A DNA stretch of 34,247 bases from Candidatus Babeliales bacterium (GTDB taxonomy: Bacteria; Babelota; Babeliae; Babelales; Vermiphilaceae). The stretch covers positions 1 through 34,247 of the forward strand of contig BTUB01000001.1 of the NCBI GenBank assembly GCA_045863215.1, written 5' to 3'. The notes beneath the pieces were generated by a model. The model saw nothing but the letters and a program-made list of their open reading frames with translations. It had not been told where the DNA came from and made no database searches. The translations under genes and the position numbers were made by a program. Shown here one piece after another: positions 14,963 through 22,466 of this stretch. Position 1 is the first letter of the stretch. Each line of letters begins with the position of its first letter.

Positions 14963-15871
14963 ATGTTACAAACAAGCAAAAGTTCAACGAACAATGAACA
15001 AGTTACGTTTATTGACCTTTTTGCGGGAATTGGAGGATTTCATGTTGCATTACATCAGCTGGGTGGCAATTGTGTATATGCAAGTGAGTGGGATGAACAT
15101 GCGCGTAAAACCTATGAAGCAAATTTCTCCAAATTAAGTCCTGAATTATTTAAAGCAGGCTTATTTAGGGGCGATATTACACTGGATGAGAATCAGGCTT
15201 GTATCCCTGAAAATACAGATATTTTGTGTGCAGGTTTCCCATGCCAGCCCTTTAGCCAAGCAGGTGTTAAAAAGGGGTTCAATGAAACCAGAGGTACACT
15301 TTTTTTTGAAATAGCAAAAATAATAAAAGATAAGCGGCCCAAAGCCATTTTTCTTGAAAATGTACGTGGTCTTTTAAATCATGACAATGGAAAAACATTC
15401 GAAGTTATTCGCAATATCTTAGAAATTGAACTTAATTACACCATTTACTATAAAATCATAAAAGCTTCTGATTATGGATTGCCTACTCACAGGCCTCGTA
15501 TTTATATCATAGGCTTTAGAAGCGATGTTAAATACAAAAAAGATTTTAAGTTTCCTAATCCAATCCCTTTAAAATTTAACATGTCAGATATATTTAATAT
15601 GCCCTGCAATAAAGATGTCGGATATACTTTGAGAGTTGGTGGTAAGGGTTCAGGTATAAACGATAGAAGAAATTGGGATTCATATTTGGTAGGTGGAGCT
15701 GTTAAAAAAATAACGCCCTACGAAGGGAAAAAAATGATGGGTTTCCCTGACGATTTTATGTTTCCTGTAACTAATGCTCAGGCAATGAAACAATTAGGAA
15801 ATAGTGTTGCGATTGATCCGATCAGATTAACATCAGAAAAAATAATCGAAATTTTAAGGAAGTCTGCATGA
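14963..15871 (+). CDS. DNA (cytosine-5) methyltransferase, M.HpaII-like (probable CCGG specificity)
   Basis: The track start at 14846 adds a hydrophobic extension. The ATG at 14963 sits 8 nt after AGGAG. Motif I is FIDLFAGIGGF, motif IV GFPCQPFSQAG, motif VI FLENVRGL, motif VIII RPRIYIIGF and motif X QLGNSVA. The blocks SEWDE.A.KTYEANF and TRGTLFF match what I recall of M.HpaII. Confidence 0.92.
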   Translation: MLQTSKSSTNNEQVTFIDLFAGIGGFHVALHQLGGNCVYASEWDEHARKTYEANFSKLSPELFKAGLFRGDITLDENQACIPENTDILCAGFPCQPFSQAGVKKGFNETRGTLFFEIAKIIKDKRPKAIFLENVRGLLNHDNGKTFEVIRNILEIELNYTIYYKIIKASDYGLPTHRPRIYIIGFRSDVKYKKDFKFPNPIPLKFNMSDIFNMPCNKDVGYTLRVGGKGSGINDRRNWDSYLVGGAVKKITPYEGKKMMGFPDDFMFPVTNAQAMKQLGNSVAIDPIRLTSEKIIEILRKSA

Positions 15872-16932
15872 TACTTAAAAAAGGCAATAAAGGTGAATGG
15901 AGTGAGCTTTACGCCTTATTAAAAATATTATCTGATAAAGTTCTTTATTCTGCCGACGAAAATCTTGCATTAATTCCGAAAGCTTTTATAAAAGTACTTA
16001 ATGTTAAGCTGGAAGAGAAAGCTAATTTAATATACGAAATAGATCATATTAATGATCGAATTATCGTAAAAGAATATAATAATGTTATAGCATCTATACC
16101 TATTATTAAAATTTCTTCTAAATTATCGGCTATCCTAAAAAAAATTAAAATTGGCGCAGCATCTAAAGGCGCTTTTGAATTACTTGAAGCTCAAGAGCTC
16201 ATGACTGAAATTCATGCCAAAAAGCTTAAATCGGCAAGCACTTTAAAGGCTGATATGTATGTTACATATGAGGATCCAAGTACAGGTATGCAGCCGACAG
16301 AAGGGTTTAGTGTAAAGTCGCAGATAGGTGGAATGTCTACTTTGCTGAATGCTTCAGGTTCGACGAATTTCGAATTTAAAATAATTGAATCCATGCATTC
16401 TGAAAAAATAGGAAAAAAACCCTTAATAAGCTTAGAAAACATTTTGGCACCCAATCAGGTATTAGAATTTGTTGGTGTTTCTAATTCGAATTTTAAAGAG
16501 AATTTAGAAATGATTGATTCTCATATGCCATTAATTATTGCTGTAATGATAAAAGGATATTATTTGGGGTTTGGAAAAACTATTTCTCAATTAACCGAAT
16601 ATATTAAATTAATTAACCCATTAGAAAAATCTAAGTCGTCACATTTTTATGAGCATAAGATTCAAGAATTATTAAGAGCTGTTGCTTTTGGTATGCAGCC
16701 TGCAAAAATATGGACGGGTAATTATGAGGCACATGGCGGATATATTATCGTAAAAAAAAATGGTGAGTTAGCTTGTTATCATACTTATGACAGGGATAGT
16801 TTCGGTAAATTTCTCTATTTAAATACCAAATTTGAAACGCCCAGTCGTTCTAAACATTACTTTGGCGAGATTGAGCAAAGAAACGGCTCTAAATTTATTA
16901 AACTTAATTTGCAAATCAGATTTACGAGCTAA
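15868..16932 (+). CDS. type II restriction endonuclease, HpaII family
   Basis: The start overlaps the methyltransferase stop (ATGA). At 354 aa it is the size of R.HpaII. The N-terminal block KGNKGEWSELYALLKILSD matches the HpaII-family N-terminal signature as I remember it. An M.HpaII-like methylase lies upstream and vsr downstream. Confidence 0.72.
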   Translation: MILKKGNKGEWSELYALLKILSDKVLYSADENLALIPKAFIKVLNVKLEEKANLIYEIDHINDRIIVKEYNNVIASIPIIKISSKLSAILKKIKIGAASKGAFELLEAQELMTEIHAKKLKSASTLKADMYVTYEDPSTGMQPTEGFSVKSQIGGMSTLLNASGSTNFEFKIIESMHSEKIGKKPLISLENILAPNQVLEFVGVSNSNFKENLEMIDSHMPLIIAVMIKGYYLGFGKTISQLTEYIKLINPLEKSKSSHFYEHKIQELLRAVAFGMQPAKIWTGNYEAHGGYIIVKKNGELACYHTYDRDSFGKFLYLNTKFETPSRSKHYFGEIEQRNGSKFIKLNLQIRFTS

Positions 16933-16933
16933 T

Positions 16934-17353
16934 ATGGAAAATGCTCCAAATATAAGAAGCAAAATGATGGCAGCAGTAAAAAATAAAAATACTGCTCCTG
17001 AAATTAATGTACGTAAGGCTTTATACGCTAAGGGCATGCGATACAAATTGCATAATAAGAAATTACCTGGCAATCCTGATTTAGTATTTGCTAAATACAA
17101 AGCAGTTATATTTATTAATGGATGTTTTTGGCATAAACATAATTGCCGCCTGGTTCAAATTCCCCAAACAAATCAAGAGTTTTGGATTGATAAATTGAAT
17201 AAAAATGCCTACAGAGATGAAATGAATCTTGCTAAATTGCAAGAAATTGGATGGCGAGTAAAAGTTATTTGGCTTTGTGTTTTAAAAAATAAAAAGACTT
17301 TTTCTTCAGCAGAACAACTAGATGATATTGTTCAGTGGATAAAGCAATCATAG
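16934..17353 (+). CDS. vsr: very-short-patch repair endonuclease
   Basis: The track ORF starts at 16832, inside the REase gene. The ATG at 16934 lies 1 nt after the REase stop. The blocks NTAPEINVRKALYAKGMRYKLH, LPGNPDLVF and VIFINGCFWHKHNC are the canonical Vsr blocks. Confidence 0.9.
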   Translation: MENAPNIRSKMMAAVKNKNTAPEINVRKALYAKGMRYKLHNKKLPGNPDLVFAKYKAVIFINGCFWHKHNCRLVQIPQTNQEFWIDKLNKNAYRDEMNLAKLQEIGWRVKVIWLCVLKNKKTFSSAEQLDDIVQWIKQS

Positions 17354-17362
17354 CTCATATTC

Positions 17363-18481
17363 CTAAAAAGTTATTTGAGTAATTTTTTTAAGAATATGAG
17401 TTCGAATTATTTCAAAGAGTCTAGTAATATTAGAAAGCTTTATTTCTTTTGCATCTGCGTTAAGACGATTCCAGTCTCTTTGGTTGCGCTTGGATAGCAT
17501 GCCTCTCAATTCACGCACATTAACTATTTCAAGTGCTTTTGCCAATCCAAACATCTGTAGGATTTTTTTAGATCCAAGTTCAGGGTTATTTAAAATAATA
17601 TCACTTAGTAAAGCTTTATCGCTTACAGCCTTATAATTAAGCCAGACGGGCCGTTTGCTTCCTAACTCATCCAGATAATGCAAAAGAACTTTCTTAGAAA
17701 TAGCTGGCTTGAATAAGCTTTTTAAAGTTAAATTTGATTTAATCCCAAGTTTTGCAAATATTTGCTTCATCTTTGCCCGTTTATTAAGCCGCACTTCCAT
17801 GCGTAAAACCTCTAGCTTCTTTTTTTTGCGTAATCGTGGGAACATCTCAAGCTGGATTGCATTATCTTTCTCTATAGAGCGTTTTTCGCTTTGTTTTGCC
17901 TTTTCTAAATCCTTGAGCTTATCGTAAAAGACTATTTCATAAGAATTGCAGTGCCATTTATAGCTATGGCCTTCATTACGATAATCGGTTTGATTAGTAT
18001 CCAAACTCATCTTTATATTCGATTCCTTGATCTTATTTATATAGTGATAGGGGGTTGAGCCATCTTTAAGAATAATATTCTTGGAATAATGCACCGCAAC
18101 TATCGGAGCACGAACTAAATCAGCAGGAGCCACAATAACCTCCATTTGGCCTAAAGTATCAGATAGCCGTTGTAGTAGAGGCTGCAGATCTTTCCCTTTA
18201 AGCTCTTGGAAATTATTACCATAAAAGAGCTTGGGTAAGGAAAGTTCAACTTTCAATACTATATCAAGTGTATTACGTGTATTGGTTCTATAAGCAAGTG
18301 TGAGCCTTGGCTTATATATACCGGCAAGTAACTCTTTCTTAGTTGGATTTTGTTTTGATTGGATTCCGTGAACGGCACTTGATCTATTATTTGTAATCCA
18401 TCGTGCTGATGGCACAAATTTATCTGGATCAGTAATTTTATACATATCTGAAGAAAGAAGTAATACTACAGTATCGATCAT
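17363..18481 (-). CDS. rolling-circle replication initiator / relaxase-like protein (phage gpII - Rep_trans-like)
   Basis: The N-terminus MIDTVVLLL resembles the MIDMLVLRL start of filamentous-phage gpII. SLPKLFYGNNFQEL, YEIVFYDKLKDLEK (candidate catalytic Y-D-K) and LRMEVRLNK resemble conserved blocks of gene II/X and Rep_trans families. Motif-level recall only. Confidence 0.55.
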   Translation of the reverse strand: MIDTVVLLLSSDMYKITDPDKFVPSARWITNNRSSAVHGIQSKQNPTKKELLAGIYKPRLTLAYRTNTRNTLDIVLKVELSLPKLFYGNNFQELKGKDLQPLLQRLSDTLGQMEVIVAPADLVRAPIVAVHYSKNIILKDGSTPYHYINKIKESNIKMSLDTNQTDYRNEGHSYKWHCNSYEIVFYDKLKDLEKAKQSEKRSIEKDNAIQLEMFPRLRKKKKLEVLRMEVRLNKRAKMKQIFAKLGIKSNLTLKSLFKPAISKKVLLHYLDELGSKRPVWLNYKAVSDKALLSDIILNNPELGSKKILQMFGLAKALEIVNVRELRGMLSKRNQRDWNRLNADAKEIKLSNITRLFEIIRTHILKKITQITF

Positions 18482-18588
18482 GGCTGTGCTTAAATACTAA
18501 GGTGTAGATAATTATTAGTTGTTTAAGATAACCTGCAACTTAGGAAATACAAGATATTTTTAATTCAATATGTTAAGGAGATGGTTGA

Positions 18589-19557
18589 ATGAATAAGTAT
18601 GTTGGAGTGCTATTAATTGGTATCTATTTTAATAGCCTGTTTTCAATGCAAATGCCTGAAGGTCAGCAGCACTGGCAAATTTCAAATCAGTCACCTCAAG
18701 CCATTGTGATTTGGTATCCCATTTTTATGGGCGGAGGGAAAGATGTTTGGGAGCGTGAAAAATTAGGTGCCATGGAAGATGGCAAAGATTCTATAGTTAG
18801 AGCAACTGATAGACCAATGTATATTTATACCTTGGCAGGAAGCTATTCTATTTATGTAAAGAATAATACGTTATATATTGAAAAAGAATCTTTAGAGGAT
18901 AAAATATCGAGTCCTCCTGTACAGCACCCAATGCATTCAGCGATGGATCTTATTGTGCTAGTAAATCCTAATGGAACTGTTTCTATTGTTGATAGATTAA
19001 GAAAAGAGCACCCAGCTTATTTAAATACTATCACTCCAAAAGTTATTGAATTAATTTTATTGGCATTGGAAAACAAAAGTTACGATTTAAAAGTGTTATC
19101 CACTGAGCATCTAAAAGATATTTTAAGACTTACTGAACACACATCTGCTGGTAATTTTCATGCTATTAAGGATGCAATAGAGAAATCAAAATATTTTACC
19201 AGTATGAACCCAATTCAACAGCGCAGATATCTGAGCAATATTGATTCGTTTGTAAGAAGCCATTTAGATTCTTTAAAAGCCAAAGTTCAAAATGAACTAA
19301 AAGCCAGAGATACTGATGGGACTTTGGTTCAAATGCTGCAAGGAGAGGTAGGTGGATCACCATATCCACTGAATATACTTTCGGTTGATGTAAAACAGGG
19401 ACTATTGAGTGCAATAAACAGACTTGAAGAAAACACTGCGCAGCAGCAAGAAATTTCACGCGCTATGGGTACTAAAAATGTGGAGCAATTGATGCAACAT
19501 GCAAAGCAGCTTAAGCAAAAAATCGAGAAGCATTTGAAAGAGATTCTGCCTTACTAA
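18589..19557 (+). CDS. hypothetical protein with hydrophobic N-terminus, helical C-terminal half
   Basis: AAGGAG upstream, a 322-aa ORF and a strong terminator downstream. No motif recognised. Confidence 0.55.
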   Translation: MNKYVGVLLIGIYFNSLFSMQMPEGQQHWQISNQSPQAIVIWYPIFMGGGKDVWEREKLGAMEDGKDSIVRATDRPMYIYTLAGSYSIYVKNNTLYIEKESLEDKISSPPVQHPMHSAMDLIVLVNPNGTVSIVDRLRKEHPAYLNTITPKVIELILLALENKSYDLKVLSTEHLKDILRLTEHTSAGNFHAIKDAIEKSKYFTSMNPIQQRRYLSNIDSFVRSHLDSLKAKVQNELKARDTDGTLVQMLQGEVGGSPYPLNILSVDVKQGLLSAINRLEENTAQQQEISRAMGTKNVEQLMQHAKQLKQKIEKHLKEILPY

Positions 19558-19581
19558 TAAAGTGATATTTAAATTGAAGAG

Positions 19582-19608
19582 GGCTCGCAGTTGTTGCGAG
19601 CCTTTTTT
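19582..19608 (+). terminator. intrinsic terminator
   Basis: GGCTCGCA-GTTGT-TGCGAGCC followed by TTTTTTATTTT, 25 nt after the stop at 19557. Confidence 0.7.
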
Positions 19609-20148
19609 ATTTTGCCCTAAAAGGGGATCTTTAGCTTTTCTTAATTTTGCTCTGTTTGTTTCTTTGCCCGGAGCGCTAATACGCCTATCAATTTGAACAA
19701 GCAAAGCCACAAATGCAGCAAATTTTTTACGATCGTTAACATTCAAAACAGGATTCGCGGGAGGGCGAATTGCTGCTCTTCTATTTCTACGCAACATATA
19801 CGCTCGATTCTAGACGCTCGAGTATCATCTATAGCTGATCAATACCAGCAAAAGGGTAAATTATTTTTAATTAAGAGAGATTGGGATTATTCGCTTTTAC
19901 TTAGGCAGGTATCCTGCTGTGTATGCCAACACCCGAGTTGTGAGATCAGATTCAGAGATCTGAGGAGATTTAACTGGTTCATTGCCTATTCCTTTGATGC
20001 AAAAACAGCTTATTACAATTGCGAGAAGTGTATTCAGTATTTTCATGGATGGCAAGAGAAAAATTTTTCTTTTTTCATTGTGTCATTTGATTTTATGCCT
20101 CACGCTTATTACCAGTAAATTTTAAATCTTTTTTAAAGGGACCCAATT

Positions 20149-20724
20149 ATGAATACACAAAATACAAATACAAAAATATTAACCAAGCCTTTTATATCAC
20201 AGGGGGAGAGGTATCAATTGGTTAAAAATTTGCACAATATACAGCAAAAATTAAATGAAGCATCAGGTCTTGCTGTCGGAATAGAAACTCGAATACGATT
20301 GATTGGTGAGCTGTCAGAGCCTCTTAGGGTCAAGCTTAAAGAGATATATAAGAATAATGATCCAAAAATCACGAGAAAAAGAGCTTCATCTCCTAATTAT
20401 TGGAAATGTGAGTTATGGATGCTGGAAGAAGCCGTTATTGAGGTTTATAAAAAAGAGTTAGAGCCAAATGAGGTGAGCGCCCTGGAGAATTTTAGAGATT
20501 TGAGAAATAGTTTGCTCCATGGGAATTTGATCAACCTTTTGACACTAATGGGTATACCAGCAGAAGGGCGTATGATGTGCCCTAAAACTGGAAAAAGAAA
20601 TATTTTAACAGATGCAGACATCAAAGAATCAATTATTTGTATTGACAATAAGGGCGGCCTGGAGAAATTTCGCCCATTAGGTTTTGAAGTTATGCAAATC
20701 TTAGAAAAGATCATTTGTCTTTAA
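20149..20724 (+). CDS. hypothetical protein with HEPN-like R-x4-H motif
   Basis: 191-aa, mostly helical-looking ORF with AAGGGA upstream. The motif FRDLRNSLLHGN fits the HEPN RNase signature R-(N/H/Q)-x3-H. No adjacent nucleotidyltransferase or antitoxin-like partner. Confidence 0.45.
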   Translation: MNTQNTNTKILTKPFISQGERYQLVKNLHNIQQKLNEASGLAVGIETRIRLIGELSEPLRVKLKEIYKNNDPKITRKRASSPNYWKCELWMLEEAVIEVYKKELEPNEVSALENFRDLRNSLLHGNLINLLTLMGIPAEGRMMCPKTGKRNILTDADIKESIICIDNKGGLEKFRPLGFEVMQILEKIICL

Positions 20725-20730
20725 TATCAT

Positions 20731-20760
20731 GGTGTTTTCAGTTTTAAAGCTGAAAACACC
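20731..20760 (+). terminator. 11-bp-stem hairpin after the HEPN-like gene
   Basis: GGTGTTTTCAG-TTTTAAAG-CTGAAAACACC followed by GTTTGG. The T-tract is weak, so terminator function is uncertain. Confidence 0.4.
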
Positions 20761-20984
20761 GTTTGGATGTGCGTTAAGCTAAAAGTGTATTTAATTTGGC
20801 CTTTACTGAACGTGTCAACTAAGTTACCCATGGCGCAGGATTTAGCTTTTGGTCATAAAAAATATAAAGGCGTGATTTGAAATAGAATCGTGACTTTAGA
20901 AATGGAAGTAGATAAAATTACATTTACCATAAAAACATAACCATTAACAAAAAATAGTTATTAACTTTTTCTAAATGACATCAT

Positions 20985-21737
20985 ATGAAAAAACTACTCA
21001 TTCTTACTCTCTTATTTCCCTTTTTTACCCAGTCCATGCATCAGCCAAAATCATTGCAAGAATTGGTTGCACTAAAAGTATCAAAAATGCAGCTGAAGAG
21101 CCTTCCTTTAACCGTTCAAAATCATGTGCAGGATGTTCTTAATAAAAAGCTTTTAGAAATTATAAAAGCATCTGGGTGGAAAATTTTAAAAGATAATGAT
21201 GCGCAATATCGATGCAATCTTACTGAGATTCAGGCCATATTAATCGCAGGCGCTGACCCCAATTATATTAATTCCGAAACAACCATTCCTATTCTTAATG
21301 ATGCATTAGAATGCATCAAACCCTATGCTGAATGGCAAGCTTCATCTCACCCTGAAACAGATCGATACGAAGTATTAAAACTACTTCTCTCTCATGGTGC
21401 AAATTCTGATATAAGAACTAATCCAATGCTCATACCTTTTTTGTGGGCAGCGAAAAAAAATATTCATGCGACACAAATATTTTTAGAACATGGAGCAGAC
21501 CCAAATCAGATTGGATGCCAAGGTTGCCCACTCACACACAACCTATTATTTGATATATGTGCCTATACTAATGGTGAACCTGTTAAAGTGGCTCAATTAC
21601 TCCTGCAATATGGTGCTGATCCGTTACATCCAAGAATTGATAAAAATGCAAAGAATGCTTTATGGAATGCACAAGAGTGGAGAAATACCCATCTCATTTC
21701 CTTGTATGAAAAAGGCGGCATGCAAAAAATTCTTTAA
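20985..21737 (+). CDS. ankyrin-repeat protein with signal-peptide-like N-terminus
   Basis: Four ANK-type repeat ends are present: LIAGADPN, LLLSHGANSD, FLEHGADPN and LLLQYGADP. The N-terminus is MKKLLILTLLFPFFTQS. Confidence 0.85.
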   Translation: MKKLLILTLLFPFFTQSMHQPKSLQELVALKVSKMQLKSLPLTVQNHVQDVLNKKLLEIIKASGWKILKDNDAQYRCNLTEIQAILIAGADPNYINSETTIPILNDALECIKPYAEWQASSHPETDRYEVLKLLLSHGANSDIRTNPMLIPFLWAAKKNIHATQIFLEHGADPNQIGCQGCPLTHNLLFDICAYTNGEPVKVAQLLLQYGADPLHPRIDKNAKNALWNAQEWRNTHLISLYEKGGMQKIL

Positions 21738-22360
21738 ATTCCTTCAATTAACACCGCTCGCGCTGGTGCCGCTTCTAAACCAACGATAGCCAATGGCAAA
21801 CAACAAAAAAAATAACTACCTTGGGTTATGGCTTGCAGCCGTAGACCCTCAATGATCGTGATGCCACGATCAAATAAAAGATTATGAGTCAGATGCCCTG
21901 CTTGCCCACGCTCAATACCTAAATAATCGATGCCCACTGCTTTTATGTTGCGCTTCACCAAATACTGCGCACCGGAAATTTCTAAGAAAATAAATTGAGG
22001 ATTGAATTTATCAGTCGGTTGCAAGGCACTATTACTTGTCTTAAACAAAATAATATCGTGCGGCTGAATATCCAAATTTTCTAAATGATCCTGTGTGATT
22101 CCATCGGTCACACTGCTCATATCAAATACTTTGCATGTTCCAACCACTTGCAATAAATCAAGTTGATCGATAGTTTCGCCTGCTTTTTGAAAATGGGATG
22201 GTGCGTCAATATGCGTACCCATATGCGCGCCAAGTGTAATTAAACTTTCTCGTACAGTATCTTTTTCAAATAATTTGATTTGCTCAAAGTTAACTGTTTT
22301 GCGATCTTTGTACGCAGTAATTTCAGGACTAATGGGCCAGCTAATATCAAATATTTTCAT
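21734..22360 (-). CDS. cyclase-family protein (kynurenine formamidase-like)
   Basis: The track ORF runs to 22435. The start MKIFDISWPI at 22360 gives the usual ~208 aa. HMGTHIDAPSHF is the cyclase/KynB metal-binding signature (H-x-G-T-H-x-D-x-P-x-H). Confidence 0.8.
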   Translation of the reverse strand: MKIFDISWPISPEITAYKDRKTVNFEQIKLFEKDTVRESLITLGAHMGTHIDAPSHFQKAGETIDQLDLLQVVGTCKVFDMSSVTDGITQDHLENLDIQPHDIILFKTSNSALQPTDKFNPQFIFLEISGAQYLVKRNIKAVGIDYLGIERGQAGHLTHNLLFDRGITIIEGLRLQAITQGSYFFCCLPLAIVGLEAAPARAVLIEGI

Positions 22361-22380
22361 AATTCGTTTTTCTTTTTTGG

Positions 22381-22460
22381 TCCGTTCGGGTCGATGGAAG
22401 CCCCAAGGGCTGAATGGAGACCTCTCCACTCGCACTTCGTGCTCTATCGAAGCGAACGGA
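22381..22460. other. GC-rich 80-nt element predicted to fold as a four-way junction, flanked by ~20-nt direct repeats
   Basis: The closing stem is TCCGTTCG/CGAACGGA (8 bp) plus TCGAT/ATCGA (5 bp). Three internal hairpins follow: AGCCC-CAA-GGGCT, TGGAG-ACCT-CTCCA and GCAC-TTC-GTGC. The flanking direct repeats are ATAATTCGTTTT(T)CTTTTTT at 22359-22378 and 22469-22488. Confidence 0.35.
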
Positions 22461-22466
22461 TTTGAA

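Larger units (their letters stand above)
12012..20760. mobile_element. putative integrative (mobilisable) element: serine recombinase + RM/defence cargo + rolling-circle Rep; boundaries not determined
   Basis: The recombinase sits at one end and the gene content is typical of accessory DNA (PD-(D/E)XK nuclease, M/R/Vsr, Rep, HEPN-like). CCGG is nearly absent from 13589-21971, against about 2-3 sites per kb elsewhere. A strong hairpin lies at 20731-20760. No att repeats were identified by eye. Confidence 0.5.

Noticed and set aside
15868-17353. The possibility that the RM module is decayed or solitary (an orphan methylase)
   Set aside because: All three ORFs are full length. They have intact catalytic-type motifs, compact coupling (ATGA overlap and a 1-nt gap) and no internal stops. 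They are therefore treated as an intact M-R-Vsr unit, although activity is untested.
19456-19797. 113-aa minus-strand ORF (MLRRNRRAAIRPPANPVLNV...)
   Set aside because: It reads straight through the terminator hairpin at 19582-19608 and overlaps the 3' 100 nt of gene 18589-19557 in antisense. It has no RBS. Only the first ~50 residues look protein-like, so at most it is a remnant.
19897-20046. 49-aa minus-strand sORF MKILNTLLAIVISCFCIKG... with a lipobox-like VISC
   Set aside because: It is below the track threshold, has no Shine-Dalgarno sequence upstream, and cannot be assessed for homology here. It is mentioned only as a possibility within the 540-bp gap.
19693-20118. 141-aa plus-strand ORF (MNKQSHKCSKFFTIVNIQNRIRGRANCC...)
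   Set aside because: Its composition is not protein-like (Cys/aromatic-rich with irregular hydrophobicity). It has no RBS and overlaps the antisense ORF 19456-19797. It is treated as non-coding spacer.
22381-22460. tRNA gene (cloverleaf-like fold with an 8+5-bp closing stem and three hairpins)
   Set aside because: The hairpin loops are only 3-4 nt, so no 7-nt anticodon or T loops are possible. Neither strand has a GTTCRANYC T-loop or a D-loop consensus, and the arm spacing is wrong. It is kept as an unclassified structured element instead.
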